Source: Staphylococcus phage SeAlphi. From it: a stretch of 18,292 nucleotides of DNA. This document shows positions 1 to 7,376 of this stretch, piece after piece (position 1 is the first letter of the stretch; every line of letters starts with the position of its first letter). The notes under the pieces are model-generated. The model was not told where the DNA came from. It was given only the letters and a program-made list of their open reading frames with translations, and made no database searches. The stretch is from sequence record MZ152915.1, one strand, 5' to 3'. The translations under genes and the position numbers were made by a program.

Positions 1-38
1 TTTTTACCTTCACCCACCCCCACCCAGAAACGAGAACA

Positions 39-126
39 GAATTAGATCGCGTAGCGACAAAAATTTTGAGTGAAAGGTTAATTAAAAAATACATTTAAAT
101 TTTACTATGGATTATGAATAATAAAC
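39..126. repeat. Left inverted terminal repeat (88 bp, perfect reverse complement of 18179..18266)
   Basis: Base-by-base reverse-complement comparison of 39..126 with 18179..18266 gives 88/88 identity. Flanking bases 38 and 127 break the match. This is typical of protein-primed (phi29-like) linear genomes. Confidence 0.9.
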
Positions 127-150
127 TTTTTATATTATAATATAATATGT
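127..150 (+). promoter_or_regulatory. Candidate late promoter region (tandem TATAAT hexamers at 136..141 and 141..146, no good -35)
   Basis: These are the only -10-like hexamers upstream of the first late gene. The poor -35 suggests an activator-dependent late promoter, by analogy with phi29 A3. Confidence 0.25.
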
Positions 151-174
151 AATGTAAATTTTTTTAAAAAAATA
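144..174. repeat. Sub-terminal conserved block, left copy (ATATGTAATGTAAAT7A7T), inverted copy at 18130..18161
   Basis: It lies 17 nt inboard of the ITR at both ends and is identical apart from a 1-nt indel. The T7/A7 tracts suggest bent or AT-tract DNA. Possible origin-associated or regulator-binding element. Confidence 0.7.
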
Positions 175-195
175 AAGAAAGAGGTGTATAATAAA

Positions 196-522
196 ATGGC
201 AGAAGAAGAAAAAATCACTAAAGAAGAACCTGAAACAGAATCAACAGAAGATTCACCAGAAAAAATAGAAAGTGCAGAAGATGTTGTCACTGAACCAGAA
301 AAAGAAGTGACTGAAGAAAAATCAGAAGCATTTGTTCAATTAGAACAACGTGTCACTGCTTTAGAACAAAGATTAAATAATCAAGAAGCACAACCACAAC
401 CAACGGGTGAATCTAGTGACCCAAATTTTGAAGATAAAACAGTACCAACTGAAGTTGATGACAATCAAGAAACAGACGGTATTGAATCAAGTGAAGAAAT
501 TAAACAAATGTTAAATTTATAA
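196..522 (+). CDS. Acidic Glu-rich coiled-coil protein, putative head scaffolding or core protein (phi29 gp7-like)
   Basis: It is the first gene of the late operon and is 108 aa if started at the ATG at 196. That ATG has an AGAGGTG RBS 9 nt upstream, whereas the ORF track starts at the GTG at 184. The protein is extremely acidic, with EEEK/TEE repeats and a predicted helix. Position and size match phi29 scaffold gp7. Confidence 0.4.
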   Translation: MAEEEKITKEEPETESTEDSPEKIESAEDVVTEPEKEVTEEKSEAFVQLEQRVTALEQRLNNQEAQPQPTGESSDPNFEDKTVPTEVDDNQETDGIESSEEIKQMLNL

Positions 523-534
523 GGAGTGATAATA

Positions 535-726
535 ATGGCAAATTTTGACGGTAATGAAATGCGTGGTATGACACATGCCAATTATGAAGATTCAAGATTA
601 AACAAATCAAGAGAATTAAACGCAAATATGAGTATTGGTACATCAAAATCCGAGGATGAATACGGACGACAAGTTCACTCACTAACAAAACAATCATATA
701 GCGATGATTCAGTACAAGAATTATAG
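535..726 (+). CDS. Small hypothetical protein (63 aa)
   Basis: ORF with an AAGGAGTG RBS 6 nt upstream of the ATG at 535. Tightly packed between the scaffold-like gene and the capsid gene. No recognisable motif. Confidence 0.4.
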   Translation: MANFDGNEMRGMTHANYEDSRLNKSRELNANMSIGTSKSEDEYGRQVHSLTKQSYSDDSVQEL

Positions 727-738
727 GAGGATTAAACA

Positions 739-1956
739 ATGGCAGATAAAAAAACAGATATACCAACTTTAATTGCAGATTCTACTAAAGCGTCATTGCA
801 AGATTTTAACCATGATTATGGTAAAAAATGGACTTTTGGTGAGAATTGGTCAAACGTCAATACAATGTTTGAAACATATGTAAATAAATACCTATTCCCT
901 AAAATCAATGAAACATTACTCATTGATATTGCTTTAGGAAATCGTTTCAACTGGTTAGCAAAAGAACAAGACTTTATCGGACAATATTCAGAAGAATATG
1001 TGATTATGGATACAATACCAATTGAAATGAATTTATCTAAATCAGAAGAATTAATGTTAAAACGTAATTATCCACAAATGGCAACACGTTTATATGGTTC
1101 AGGAATTGTTAAAAAACAAAAATTCACATTAAATAATAATGATGTACGTTTTAATTTCCAAACATTAGGTGACGCTACAAATTACGCTTTAGGTGTATTA
1201 CGTAAAAAGATTTCAGATATTAACGTTCAAGAAGAAAAAGAAATACGTGCAATGATGGTTGATTATGCAATTAATCAATTGCAAGATTCAAACCGTCGTA
1301 CTGCTTCATCAAAAGAAGATTTAACAGAACGTGTATTTGAAGCAATTTTAAATATGCAAAATAACAGTGCAAAATACAATGAAGTACACAAAGCGTCAGG
1401 TGGTTCAGTAGGTCAATATACAACTGTTTCAAAATTAAGTGATATTGCAATTTTAACAACTGATTCACTCAAGTCATATTTACTTGATACAAAAATTGCG
1501 AATACTTTCCAAATGGCAGGCATTGACTTCACAGACCATATCATCAGTTTTGATGATTTAGGTGGTGTATATAAAACAACAAAAGATGTCACTTTAGCAA
1601 ATGAAGATACAATCAATTATTTACGTGCCTTTGGCGATTATCAAGCGATGATTGGTGATGTTATCCCTACGGGTTCAGTATTTACATTTAATGTATCTGA
1701 TTTAAAAGAATTTAAAGGAAACATTGAAGAAATCAAGCCACAAGGTGAATTGTTTGCATTTATTTTTGATATTAATGCACTTAAATATAAACGTAATACA
1801 AAAGGTATGTTAAAAGAACCATTTTACAATGGTGAATTTGATGAAGTAACACACTGGATTCATTATTACTCATTCAAAGCTATGTCACCTTTCTTTAATA
1901 AAATATTAATTACAGAAGCACCAAAGGAACAACCTGACGAAGGTGCAACAGAATAA
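739..1956 (+). CDS. Major capsid (head) protein
   Basis: 405-aa ORF with a strong RBS (AGGAGGA). It sits immediately after the scaffold-like gene and before the portal and collar genes, matching phi29-like and staphylococcal picovirus synteny. Its size is close to known about 400-aa MCPs of these phages. No motif-level proof. Confidence 0.6.
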   Translation: MADKKTDIPTLIADSTKASLQDFNHDYGKKWTFGENWSNVNTMFETYVNKYLFPKINETLLIDIALGNRFNWLAKEQDFIGQYSEEYVIMDTIPIEMNLSKSEELMLKRNYPQMATRLYGSGIVKKQKFTLNNNDVRFNFQTLGDATNYALGVLRKKISDINVQEEKEIRAMMVDYAINQLQDSNRRTASSKEDLTERVFEAILNMQNNSAKYNEVHKASGGSVGQYTTVSKLSDIAILTTDSLKSYLLDTKIANTFQMAGIDFTDHIISFDDLGGVYKTTKDVTLANEDTINYLRAFGDYQAMIGDVIPTGSVFTFNVSDLKEFKGNIEEIKPQGELFAFIFDINALKYKRNTKGMLKEPFYNGEFDEVTHWIHYYSFKAMSPFFNKILITEAPKEQPDEGATE

Positions 1957-1976
1957 TAAAGGAGGACTTTTAAACC

Positions 1977-2984
1977 ATGAGTTATTTAGATAACGATTAC
2001 ATCGGAAAAAATAAAGATGTTGGTTTAAAAGTTGAATTGACTGAAGATATTGACCGACGAATAATGGAACATAGGAACCGTTTTCGTCGGTTAATTTTTA
2101 ATCGTTACGTTGAATTTTTACCCCTACTTATCAATTATACAAATCAAAATTCAGTTGGCATTGATTTCTTACAACTTGAAATTGCTTTAAGACAGGGTTT
2201 TCAAGTTGTAGTTGGTAAAGCAAGAAATGGTGTCATTATGATATTAGGTTATATCCAATCAATGTATTATAAAAATAGTAACGATTTTATAAATAACTTC
2301 AATTTAACTTTTAATAAGAGATTAACTCAAGATGACATCACATTTATTATTCCTGATTATTTAAGACCTGATTATGCTTTAGAAATTGAATATTATGATA
2401 ACTGCCAAAGTGGTGACTTTATTGTATTAAGAAATAAACCCGTCAATTTAAATAATGATTATCAGATTATCGAACATTATTGTGATGAATTAGCTGAAAT
2501 TATATTATCTCGCTTTTCACTTATTATGCAGTCTAAATTTAGTAAAATATTTTTATCTGATATTCAAGATGAAACGATTAATCATTTTATTAATAAATTG
2601 TATAATGGTGCACCTTTTATTAAGACAGATAAATACATTGACCCTGAAGAAGATATTATTGACTTGGGTAGTGATTTTGTCACAACTGCTTTAGTTGAAA
2701 TGAAACGAGAATATCAAAATAAAGTCAGTGAGTTAAGTAATTTCTTAGGTGTCAACTCACTTGCAGTTGATAAAGAAAGTGGTGTGAGTGATACGGAAGC
2801 TAAATCCAATCGTTCATTTACTACATCAAATAGTAATATTTATTTAAGAGGTAGAAACCCTTTTGAAATGTTAAATCGTCGTTTTAATTTGGATATTCAC
2901 CCTTACTATGATGATGAAGCTATTTCTGAAATGGATATTATGAATTTAAAGACTGATAATTTTGGTGGTGGAAAAGTTGAGTAA
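1977..2984 (+). CDS. Portal / upper collar (connector) protein
   Basis: 335 aa with an AAAGGAGGA RBS, directly downstream of the MCP. Size is similar to phi29 gp10 (309 aa). Called from synteny only. Confidence 0.5.
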   Translation: MSYLDNDYIGKNKDVGLKVELTEDIDRRIMEHRNRFRRLIFNRYVEFLPLLINYTNQNSVGIDFLQLEIALRQGFQVVVGKARNGVIMILGYIQSMYYKNSNDFINNFNLTFNKRLTQDDITFIIPDYLRPDYALEIEYYDNCQSGDFIVLRNKPVNLNNDYQIIEHYCDELAEIILSRFSLIMQSKFSKIFLSDIQDETINHFINKLYNGAPFIKTDKYIDPEEDIIDLGSDFVTTALVEMKREYQNKVSELSNFLGVNSLAVDKESGVSDTEAKSNRSFTTSNSNIYLRGRNPFEMLNRRFNLDIHPYYDDEAISEMDIMNLKTDNFGGGKVE

Positions 2985-3813
2985 ACACACAACGACGTTA
3001 TATGAAATTATTGAAAGTGAATTACAACGTTTAGGGTTAAATGAATTTGTTAATAATGATAGAATCCACTTTAATGATTCAAAACATGCATTTATGCAAA
3101 AGATGTTGTATTTTGATGATGATGTTAAACAAATTGTTGATCATATGTTTTTTAAAGGTTTCATGTTTAATGATGAACGCATTGACCGATATTTTAAAGA
3201 AAGTTTTACATTGCGTTTTTTATATAGAGAAATTGGTAGACAAACGGTAGAATCGTTTGCAAGTCAAGTTTTATATATCACCATGACACATGAAGATTAT
3301 ATATATCGTGTCTATGGTTCAGATATGTATAAATACATTGAACAAGTAACAGACACACAGTCTACTGATATTGGTAAAGCATTAGAAAATGCAATCGAAC
3401 AAGGTCAAACGAAAGACAGACAACAAGACAAAGGTCATGAAGAATATAAAGACTATGAAGATACAATCACAAAAAGTTTTGATGATAATCGCACTGCAGA
3501 ATCTACCCTACCACAGTCAAAAGTTAATATTGATGTAGATAATACAGTGCTTGATTATGCAGACACAAACACGATTTCAAGAGATAAAAATACAAGTGAA
3601 ACAGTATCAGAAAAAACAGGTACAAAAGATAATACGTTTGATTCATTAAGAAACGGTGAAAGTGATACGAAACGTAATACACAATCACAAAATGAAATGA
3701 ATCGAACAGGATTAACAAAACAATACTTAATAGATAACTTACAAAAGTTATATTCAATGCGTGATACAATATTTAAAACATATGATAAAGAATGTTTTTT
3801 ACACATATGGTAG
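2962..3813 (+). CDS. Lower collar protein (phi29 gp11-like)
   Basis: 283 aa, overlapping the end of the portal gene. It uses a non-ATG start (TTG or GTG at 2962..2977) and the first in-frame ATG is 45 codons in. It has a long polar Ser/Thr/Asp/Lys-rich C-terminal tail consistent with the tube-forming hairpins of lower collar proteins. Confidence 0.45.
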   Translation: MVVEKLSKHTTTLYEIIESELQRLGLNEFVNNDRIHFNDSKHAFMQKMLYFDDDVKQIVDHMFFKGFMFNDERIDRYFKESFTLRFLYREIGRQTVESFASQVLYITMTHEDYIYRVYGSDMYKYIEQVTDTQSTDIGKALENAIEQGQTKDRQQDKGHEEYKDYEDTITKSFDDNRTAESTLPQSKVNIDVDNTVLDYADTNTISRDKNTSETVSEKTGTKDNTFDSLRNGESDTKRNTQSQNEMNRTGLTKQYLIDNLQKLYSMRDTIFKTYDKECFLHIW

Positions 3814-3825
3814 GAGGATAAAAAT

Positions 3826-5655
3826 ATGTATATAAATAACGGTCGAATCAATTATAATAATGAATACGGGTATCGTCGTGGTATATATCGTGAACCATTT
3901 TACAGTGATAATGCAGATTATAATACCAATTCAAAATCATATTATGATTATTTAGCACGATTTAATGGTTTTATTTTTGAATTATGTGATTTTGTAAATG
4001 GACTAGCAGATGATATACAAAAAATGAAAGAAACATACGACGCTTTAACGTTATCAAATACAGATGTCACATATACAGTAGGACAAAAAGGTGATTTTGA
4101 TACATTGAATCATTGTTTTGATTACATTGAAAATTTAATTGTGCAACCTAAATCAATACGTGTCATTTTACTTAAAGATTACCAGATGCGCGAGCAATTA
4201 TTCTTACGTGATAAGCGTTATAATCACATAACGATTACATCAGAAAATGACATTGTTGAAGCCTATGAAACTGAATTAAATCGTCAAGTTGAAATAAAAA
4301 CAAATCCAATTTTTAGAGTAAAACCATTATTTTATGGAATTAATTCAACATTCCCTAAAATTGATTTTAAACTTCAAAACAAAGATTTTTCAGATAGTAT
4401 TAATTGTGGTTTCTTAATGGATAATACAACGTTTGAAATGACTGAACGTGGTGGGTCAACACACTTTAATTTTATTGGTTTATGTGGTGTCAATGGTTCA
4501 CATATTCAAACCAACTATTGTGATTTTTCCTATAATGGTAATCGTGAACAATTAGAAGAATATAATAAAGATCAAAATATGTATGGTGACGGATTAAGAA
4601 TTTTTAATTCATCATTAACAGGTAATTATATGACAGTCAATCGTTGTGGTGAAATTGGAATACACTTCTCACATGGTGCAAGTGGTTATATTGATTTTAC
4701 CGAAGCAAGATTTAACGGACACCATGGTTTAATGGTGACAACTGGTTCACAAGCGAGTGCAAGAAACTGTAAAATCACTGATACAATTGATGATAATGTT
4801 GTCAGTTATGCGTCAAGTGATATTGATTTAAGAAGTAGTGATTGTTCAAATTCACAAACAACATACGGTGTCATTGCGACACGTTCATCAAACATTAACT
4901 TTGATAAAGGCATTGCTAATGGTTGTGGTGCAAGTGGTATCATGGCAAACAGGGGTTGTTCTATTGACGCCACGGGGGCAACTGCTTCACGTAATAAATG
5001 GCATGGTGTCATTGCAAGTAATAACTCAAAAGTGGATTTCACAAGTGGTAACGCTAATGAAAATGGTTTAGATGGAATCCAATGTACACATGGTTCAACC
5101 GTACAAGCAAGATTATCAACATCCAATGGTAATAAACGTAATGGTGTGCTTGCTTATGCAGGTGATGTTTACGCTCAAGAAATTAATTGTGATGGTAACG
5201 GTCGTCGTGGATTAGAGGCAACACGTGGTGGCTATGTGGCAGCCTACGGGGCAAAGGTATCACGTTCCAAAGATGATAACGTGCTTGCCTATGGTTCAAT
5301 GATTTCTATTAATGAAGCAGTAATTACAGGTGCAGGTCGTAACGGTATTGAAGCTACACGTGGTGGACAAATATTTGCTGATAGAATTACGATTACGGGT
5401 AGTGGTGATTTTGGTATTTTAGCTTATGCGTCTAAAGTATTTGCAGCATCATCAAATATTAGTGGTACGAAAAATGAACCCGTTTATGCGACACGTGGTG
5501 GTGAAATTACTTGCTTTGGTTCAAATATTTTGAGTAACAAAACCATTTATAACGTGTATAATGGTAGTAGGATATTCACAGATAAAAACCATGGATATTC
5601 TACCAATGTTGACCCTCAAACATTATCAAGTAAAGGGTTGATTATTCTAGGGTAG
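3826..5655 (+). CDS. Tail fibre / pre-neck appendage with right-handed parallel beta-helix (pectin-lyase-like) repeats, putative receptor-binding depolymerase
   Basis: 609 aa with an AGGAGGA RBS. Many approximately 22-aa coils are present (GIEATRGG, GLEATRGG, VYATRGG, GIMANRG, GVIATRSS, GVLAYAGD and others), with N/G/S/T-rich stacks typical of beta-helix fibres. At the nucleotide level ACACGTGGTGG recurs at 5221, 5356 and 5491, a 135-nt period. Confidence 0.65.
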   Translation: MYINNGRINYNNEYGYRRGIYREPFYSDNADYNTNSKSYYDYLARFNGFIFELCDFVNGLADDIQKMKETYDALTLSNTDVTYTVGQKGDFDTLNHCFDYIENLIVQPKSIRVILLKDYQMREQLFLRDKRYNHITITSENDIVEAYETELNRQVEIKTNPIFRVKPLFYGINSTFPKIDFKLQNKDFSDSINCGFLMDNTTFEMTERGGSTHFNFIGLCGVNGSHIQTNYCDFSYNGNREQLEEYNKDQNMYGDGLRIFNSSLTGNYMTVNRCGEIGIHFSHGASGYIDFTEARFNGHHGLMVTTGSQASARNCKITDTIDDNVVSYASSDIDLRSSDCSNSQTTYGVIATRSSNINFDKGIANGCGASGIMANRGCSIDATGATASRNKWHGVIASNNSKVDFTSGNANENGLDGIQCTHGSTVQARLSTSNGNKRNGVLAYAGDVYAQEINCDGNGRRGLEATRGGYVAAYGAKVSRSKDDNVLAYGSMISINEAVITGAGRNGIEATRGGQIFADRITITGSGDFGILAYASKVFAASSNISGTKNEPVYATRGGEITCFGSNILSNKTIYNVYNGSRIFTDKNHGYSTNVDPQTLSSKGLIILG

Positions 5656-5680
5656 GACTTTCTACCCTTTAATTATATTA
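5649..5680 (+). terminator. Weak hairpin / attenuator overlapping the fibre gene stop
   Basis: Stem AGGGTAG (5649..5655) pairs with CTACCCT (5662..5668) around a 6-nt loop, followed by the T-rich TTTAATTATATT. Probably partial termination only. Confidence 0.3.
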
Positions 5681-5706
5681 TAAATCACTATTTAGGAGGA
5701 TATATA

Positions 5707-6465
5707 ATGGTAAAAATTACTAAAAATTTAAGTTACAACAATAATTATTACAGAGAACGTAATTCAAAACTGTATATTACAATTCATGAAACAGCAAATC
5801 GAAGTGTTGGTGCAAATGCAAACGCTCATGCTAATTTCATAAATAATGGTTCACAGGAAACATGGCATTATACCGTCGATGATACACATGCAGTTCAACA
5901 CTTTTATCACACAACTTCTTGTTGGCATGCAGGGACATATAATGGTAATACGCAATCCATTGGTATTGAAATGTGTATCAATAGTGACGGAAATTATAAA
6001 AAGACATTACAAAATACAATTGAATTAGTTAAAAAAATTATGAAACAAGAAAATATTACTGCAAGTCACGTTGTTCAACATCATTTTTGGAGTGGTAAAA
6101 ACTGTCCTACTCTATTACGTGAGGGTACACATGGTATGACATGGAATGATTTTATTTTAAACATTAAAGGTCAATCAACACGTAAAAAACCTAAAGGTTG
6201 GAGTGAAAATCGTTATGGGACTTACTATAAAAAAGTTGATAAAACATTTATTGTAGGTTCAGAAAAAATTGAAACACGAATTGGTTCACCTTTCTTATCT
6301 GCACCAAGTGGAGGACACGTTAAACCAAAACAAAAAATGACCTTTGACTATTTAGCACAACAAGATGGTTATGAATGGGGACAACTTGAAAATAATAGAG
6401 GACAACAAGAATTTGTACCAATTCGACCATTAAGTCAAAAAGAATATTGGGGTATTTTAAAATAG
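5707..6465 (+). CDS. Endolysin: N-acetylmuramoyl-L-alanine amidase (Amidase_2/PGRP fold) with C-terminal SH3b (SH3_5) cell-wall-binding domain
   Basis: N-terminal half carries Amidase_2 hallmarks (ITIHETAN..., WHAG, SIGIE, H..WSGKNCP zinc/PGRP signature). The C-terminal 90 aa, GW..N.YGT.YKK...GSPF...P..G......DY..QQDGY.WGQ...GQQ.FVPIRP, matches the lysostaphin-type SH3b pattern. It has its own AGGAGGA RBS. Confidence 0.9.
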   Translation: MVKITKNLSYNNNYYRERNSKLYITIHETANRSVGANANAHANFINNGSQETWHYTVDDTHAVQHFYHTTSCWHAGTYNGNTQSIGIEMCINSDGNYKKTLQNTIELVKKIMKQENITASHVVQHHFWSGKNCPTLLREGTHGMTWNDFILNIKGQSTRKKPKGWSENRYGTYYKKVDKTFIVGSEKIETRIGSPFLSAPSGGHVKPKQKMTFDYLAQQDGYEWGQLENNRGQQEFVPIRPLSQKEYWGILK

Positions 6466-6477
6466 GAGGATAAAACT

Positions 6478-7317
6478 ATGGCAAGTAAATTTGTAAGAAG
6501 TGTCAAAGATATTTATCATTTAGAAAAGTTTAATACGAATCTTGTTGACGAAAACGACATATTATCAACTGTTGATGGTGATGTTTACATTTACACTAAA
6601 AACGGATTTCTTCATTTAGAAAGTACTGAACCCTTACAAGATGAAATACAAGAAGTACAAGAAAAATTATCAGATAATGAAAAACGTATCTATGATAATG
6701 AAGAAAAAGTTAAAGTGATTGAAACATCAGTTGAAGATAATCAATTAAAAGTAAAAGAAGTCACTGAAAAATTAGATAACATACATTTAGATGAATTAGA
6801 ACAAAAAATTGATTCAATCAATATAGATGAATTAAAACAAAAAATTGATTCAATTAATATCGAGGATTTGAAAAAAGAACAAAAAACGTTATCAGAAAAG
6901 ATTGACGAAACAACAAACGAAACAAATGAAAAAATTAAATCGAATACGGATAAAATCAATGAAATAAATATTACTGATACAGGTTGGCAAAATATTAATA
7001 TCACAGGTAGTGGCTTAGTACCTCACACAGACCCACCACAATATCGCATTACAAACGTAAAAGGGATTAAAACCGTTGCTTTACGTGGTGCAGTAAAAGG
7101 GTATAAAGGTGATTCTATTACAGTAGGAAAAATACCAATCAATGGAGAGTTCACAAATCCACATTACTATGTTCAAAATACAAGTAAAAAATCAGGTTCA
7201 ATTTACTACACAAGAATTACAATTATGCGTGCAGGTGATGTTGTTATTGAGGGAACAACCTACCCTAGTCCAACAGGCGATGAGTGGTGTCCAATTAATA
7301 CCGTATTTATGGATTAA
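6478..7317 (+). CDS. Fibre protein with central trimeric-coiled-coil-like stalk and C-terminal beta-rich knob (head fibre gp8.5-like or tail fibre)
   Basis: 279 aa with an AGGAGGA RBS. Heptad-rich E/K/L/I segment with tandem 12-aa repeats (LDELEQKIDSIN / IDELKQKIDSIN). The C-terminal 110 aa is Gly/Thr/Tyr-rich. Size and architecture resemble phi29 head fibre gp8.5 (280 aa). Confidence 0.45.
   Translation: MASKFVRSVKDIYHLEKFNTNLVDENDILSTVDGDVYIYTKNGFLHLESTEPLQDEIQEVQEKLSDNEKRIYDNEEKVKVIETSVEDNQLKVKEVTEKLDNIHLDELEQKIDSINIDELKQKIDSINIEDLKKEQKTLSEKIDETTNETNEKIKSNTDKINEINITDTGWQNINITGSGLVPHTDPPQYRITNVKGIKTVALRGAVKGYKGDSITVGKIPINGEFTNPHYYVQNTSKKSGSIYYTRITIMRAGDVVIEGTTYPSPTGDEWCPINTVFMD
6791..6862 (+). 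repeat. Tandem 36-nt coding repeat (2 copies, 34/36 identical) inside the coiled-coil fibre gene
   Basis: AGATGAATTAGAACAAAAAATTGATTCAATCAATAT is followed by AGATGAATTAAAACAAAAAATTGATTCAATTAATAT. A third, degenerate unit follows. Confidence 0.85.
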
Positions 7318-7321
7318 ATTA

Positions 7322-7330
7322 TGATATAAT
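7322..7330 (+). promoter_or_regulatory. Extended -10 element TGATATAAT (TGnTATAAT consensus) upstream of the tail-knob gene
   Basis: Perfect extended -10 match located in the 59-nt gap after the fibre gene. It overlaps the 5' arm of the terminator hairpin. Confidence 0.3.
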
Positions 7331-7358
7331 AGACACGTGAAAGCGTGTCTATTTTTAC
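7328..7358 (+). terminator. Rho-independent terminator-like hairpin between fibre and tail-knob genes
   Basis: Stem AGACACG (7331..7337) pairs with CGTGTCT (7344..7350) around a TGAAAG loop, extendable to 10 bp by AAT/ATT, and is followed by ATTTTTAC. Confidence 0.55.
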
Positions 7359-7376
7359 ATATAAGGAGGTTATTTT

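Noticed and set aside
1-38. C-rich left tail (CACCCACCCCCACCC) considered as a genuine telomere-like terminal element
   Set aside because: It has no counterpart at the right end and lies outside the perfect ITR, which is inconsistent with protein-primed termini. Its composition is alien to the genome, so an artefact is more likely. It is kept as a data-quality finding.
187-192. TATAAT hexamer directly upstream of the first late gene, considered as its -10
   Set aside because: It lies only 4 nt before the ATG at 196 and inside the RBS region. A transcript starting downstream of it would lack the start codon, and TG is not correctly spaced for an extended -10.
500-766. Antisense ORFs from the six-frame track (500..766-, 1271..1468-, 1413..1616-, 3524..3769-, 3555..3851-, 4806..5126-, 6741..7004-, 9791..10159-, 12810..13079+, 13270..13452+, 15023..15229-) and same-strand out-of-frame ORFs (3041..3250+, 4838..5071+, 5846..6028+, 7142..7324+, 9707..9910+, 10151..10333+)
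   Set aside because: All lie fully inside well-supported genes on the opposite strand or in another frame. They have no RBS and translate to Leu/Ile/Phe-rich low-complexity sequence typical of the reverse strand of AT-rich coding DNA.
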